A stretch of 64,000 nucleotides of DNA, taken from NCBI GenBank assembly GCA_963674705.1, contig OY771506.1:5248001-5312000 (forward strand). Direction: 5' to 3'. Source of the DNA: Phycisphaeraceae bacterium (GTDB lineage Bacteria > Planctomycetota > Phycisphaerae > Phycisphaerales > Phycisphaeraceae). A model generated the notes under the pieces. It saw only the letters and a list, made by a program, of their open reading frames with translations, ran no database searches and was not told the DNA's origin. The translations under genes were made by a program, and so were the position numbers. This document shows positions 61,597 to 64,000 of the stretch, in pieces; position 1 is the stretch's first letter; every line of letters begins with the position of its first letter.

Positions 61597-63978
61597 TCAA
61601 ACCATCGTTAGCTGAACCATCTCCGGCCCGTTGTAGCTTCCCAACTTGCGGTAATAGAGCCCGGCCTCTTCAGCCGAATCACTTATCACCACACGTTTCA
61701 GGTTCACTTCCCCGATACGCCACGCGGCCACGCTGGAATTGACGAACCCACCCTTGCCCACAGTCAACTGCTCGATAGCACAACGTTTGGTTGATGTGCT
61801 GAGTACGGATGCCGGCGTATCAAACAGCGATCCTTCCGCCGCCAGAACAGTGCAGAAACGCATCGCATTTGCCCGGATCGTGCCGATCGATGAAGCAGCC
61901 TGCACATTCACATGCTTGAACTTTTTACCCACCTGCAACAGGGCCAGGCTTTCTTCGGCTGTGCTGTCCGTCAAGGAGAGTGTACCGCTGACGTAATCTT
62001 TCTTAATGATAATCTTCCCGGCACTGGACGCGGTCACATCAACATTCCATAAGTGGTCAACCGCCAATAACCGCAACGCTGTCGACAGATTGATATCACC
62101 ATTCACTTCATCGGCTTCGATTACCACACCGTTACTGAATCGCACACCCTCCATATGAATCGCACCGACCTTGTCGGCTCGGATCCGACGGATCACACCG
62201 TTGCCGGTCATTTCGATACCACCGACCAGGCTGCACCCACGTGCATCAAGTACACCCAGGGGAGTTGAGCCCTTGATGACACCCAGGATCGCCTGCCTGG
62301 TGTTGGTTTCATCTCCACGAACGGAGAAACGGAGCTTGCTCCTGCCGGAAGTGTCGACTAATTGGATATCATTAACATACGCAAAGCCGGTCACTTCGAT
62401 GGCATTGCCGACATCCCATACTTCAAAGCCCTCGCCACTTAGCTGTATCTCGGCACTGCCCCGCCCACTTAACGCGATGGTCGTTATCGCGTCTACTTCG
62501 TTGCGGAAGACAAGCTTCTTGCCGGCCGTTACCTCAACCACAGTGCGTGATTGGGCATTGATCGACTTCGCAGCCAACTCGCCGTTATTATCCATCGCAA
62601 CGACGACAACCCGCGAATCTTCCGCCAACGTGCGGTTTTTGCCCAGCCTAGAAAGGATGGAATACCCATCCGAACCGTCCGTGTCGACGCCCAGCAGGTC
62701 TTCGAGTACGCCATCGTAGTTTCGGTCATAGAAGAACATCACTTGTCTGACCGTCCCGTTCGAGTCGGTAACGCTATCGACGCTGATGCGTGTTTGCTCA
62801 CCCCGAACAAGTGAACCACCCTCGATCTGGATAGTCCCGATAGTCGGTGCGTTGTAGTACCTCCCCTCTTGAGTAGGAGGTGTCCCCGCGTTCCAGTTGC
62901 CCAGTTCGATATTCAAATCACTCAAGCCAACGTAGCCATCATAACCATACCCCGGGGTATAGCCGCCGTAGGGCACGTTGTTGTTCCACGCGGCTAACAC
63001 AATATCCAGGTCGGACGTATTCAGATTGCTTGCCTTGCCGGATGCCGAAAAGGACAATGCTGTATCGCTGACAAGCGTGTTGTCCGCGGCGTTCACATCA
63101 GCTCGCAAAGAATAGCCAACCGCTTTTACGATCACGTAACTGTTGAATGCGGAAAGCGAATCGGGCAGGTTTACTTCCAGATTGAGTTTGATCGACTCGC
63201 CCGGTTGCAGGTTCAAGTTGTGCTTGATTTTCGCAACCATGGTGTCATCGTCAGACCAGACTGATCCTTCGGAAAGATACACCCGTAGTTGGATGTTATT
63301 GGCGTTAAGTACCTCATTCCCCTGATTCGAGAGGATCACCGGGATCTTCACGCGTGTGCCGGTCTTGAAGCGTGCCGGCATCGATATGTCGCTGTATCGC
63401 AGAGTCAGATCGAAACCGGTTGCTGTCAGGCCGAACTGCATGTTCCGCATACCGGAGGTTGGTGAAATAGCAACCCCCTTGCCTTCACCGTCGGGCGTTG
63501 AGGCCATGTAACCATCGGGCATCAGAACGTGGATGTCGTATGTCCCGGTTGGCAGGCCACTAAACCGGAAGTAGCCGTCGCCGTCAGTCGTTGCGGTTTT
63601 TTCACCGGCATCTTGTTTGCCATTGCCATCAAGATCAGCAAAGAGGCTGACGCCTTGCAGCCTGTACTCGCTTGGGTCCAGCAAACCATCGCCATCATCA
63701 TCCAGAAAGACTTTGCCGGAAACGCTTGGCGCCATCACGGCTTCGGTTACATCTGGCAACAGCAGCGTATACGTCCCGTCTGCGCCGATGACCTTGTCGT
63801 AACTGTCCACAGGTGGCGGATCGATCAGCGAAACACCCGACAGCAGCACACGCTCTTCCAACGGCTCAAGGCCGGGATTGGGTGCGGCTGTTAGCGACTG
63901 CTTGTTTTGACCGTGGCCTGATCGTTTGGCCCGGCGAAAGAACCCGAAAGCTGGAATATGCATAGAAGCTTCCCCCAC
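61597..63978 (-). CDS. Planctomycete extracellular (LEPR-XLL) protein with SdrD-B-like, CARDB-like and dockerin-like segments
   Basis: LEPLEERVLLS; SVSGKVFLDDDGDGLLD; DGYVGLSDLNIELGNWNAGTPP. Confidence 0.82.
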   Translation of the reverse strand: MGEASMHIPAFGFFRRAKRSGHGQNKQSLTAAPNPGLEPLEERVLLSGVSLIDPPPVDSYDKVIGADGTYTLLLPDVTEAVMAPSVSGKVFLDDDGDGLLDPSEYRLQGVSLFADLDGNGKQDAGEKTATTDGDGYFRFSGLPTGTYDIHVLMPDGYMASTPDGEGKGVAISPTSGMRNMQFGLTATGFDLTLRYSDISMPARFKTGTRVKIPVILSNQGNEVLNANNIQLRVYLSEGSVWSDDDTMVAKIKHNLNLQPGESIKLNLEVNLPDSLSAFNSYVIVKAVGYSLRADVNAADNTLVSDTALSFSASGKASNLNTSDLDIVLAAWNNNVPYGGYTPGYGYDGYVGLSDLNIELGNWNAGTPPTQEGRYYNAPTIGTIQIEGGSLVRGEQTRISVDSVTDSNGTVRQVMFFYDRNYDGVLEDLLGVDTDGSDGYSILSRLGKNRTLAEDSRVVVVAMDNNGELAAKSINAQSRTVVEVTAGKKLVFRNEVDAITTIALSGRGSAEIQLSGEGFEVWDVGNAIEVTGFAYVNDIQLVDTSGRSKLRFSVRGDETNTRQAILGVIKGSTPLGVLDARGCSLVGGIEMTGNGVIRRIRADKVGAIHMEGVRFSNGVVIEADEVNGDINLSTALRLLAVDHLWNVDVTASSAGKIIIKKDYVSGTLSLTDSTAEESLALLQVGKKFKHVNVQAASSIGTIRANAMRFCTVLAAEGSLFDTPASVLSTSTKRCAIEQLTVGKGGFVNSSVAAWRIGEVNLKRVVISDSAEEAGLYYRKLGSYNGPEMVQLTMV

Positions 63979-64000
63979 GAAGCTGGATCGAGCGAAGTCA

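Noticed and set aside
1..64000. rRNA, intact tRNA or CRISPR arrays
   Set aside because: None recognised by eye; a tRNAscan-SE/Infernal run would be needed to exclude small RNAs.

Overview
This is bacterial DNA with strong Planctomycetota, probably Phycisphaerae, hallmarks: many PEP-CTERM proteins with dockerin-like tails, DUF1559/prepilin proteins, LEPR-XLL proteins and a very long SecA. The taxonomy is inferred from gene content only. The left ~16.3 kb looks horizontally acquired. From 1 to ~6.6 kb is a visibly AT-richer block with a WYL regulator missed by the ORF track, a PEP-CTERM gene and an ECF sigma / Ser-Thr kinase-WD40 / prepilin operon. From ~6.7 to 16.3 kb is a phage- or satellite-like element. 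It has a divergent promoter/operator switch around an XRE gene, two Xis/AlpA genes, a DUF4041/T5orf172 protein and a PilZ gene. It also has a minimal tail module: a tail-assembly chaperone with an intact -1 frameshift (G/GT type), a tape-measure-like protein and a small-terminase-like protein. No capsid, portal, large terminase, tail tube or integrase gene is visible in the window. This is the best candidate for an undescribed system. The rest is chromosomal: a sigma54 activator / VIT-vWA-GlyGly-CTERM / rhombosortase module, an RND efflux operon, FapA, an aldo-keto reductase, a frameshifted glycoside-hydrolase-like gene, an IS nested in a palindromic repeat inside a MITE-like shell, a carbohydrate locus (GH43, GntR, LTD-PEP-CTERM pair, DUF1559, phosphoesterase, GH57, URO-D-like, GH78), FHA, hemW, secA and two LEPR-XLL paralogs. 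No rRNA, intact tRNA or CRISPR array was seen. All family calls come from motif recognition by eye, with no database searches.
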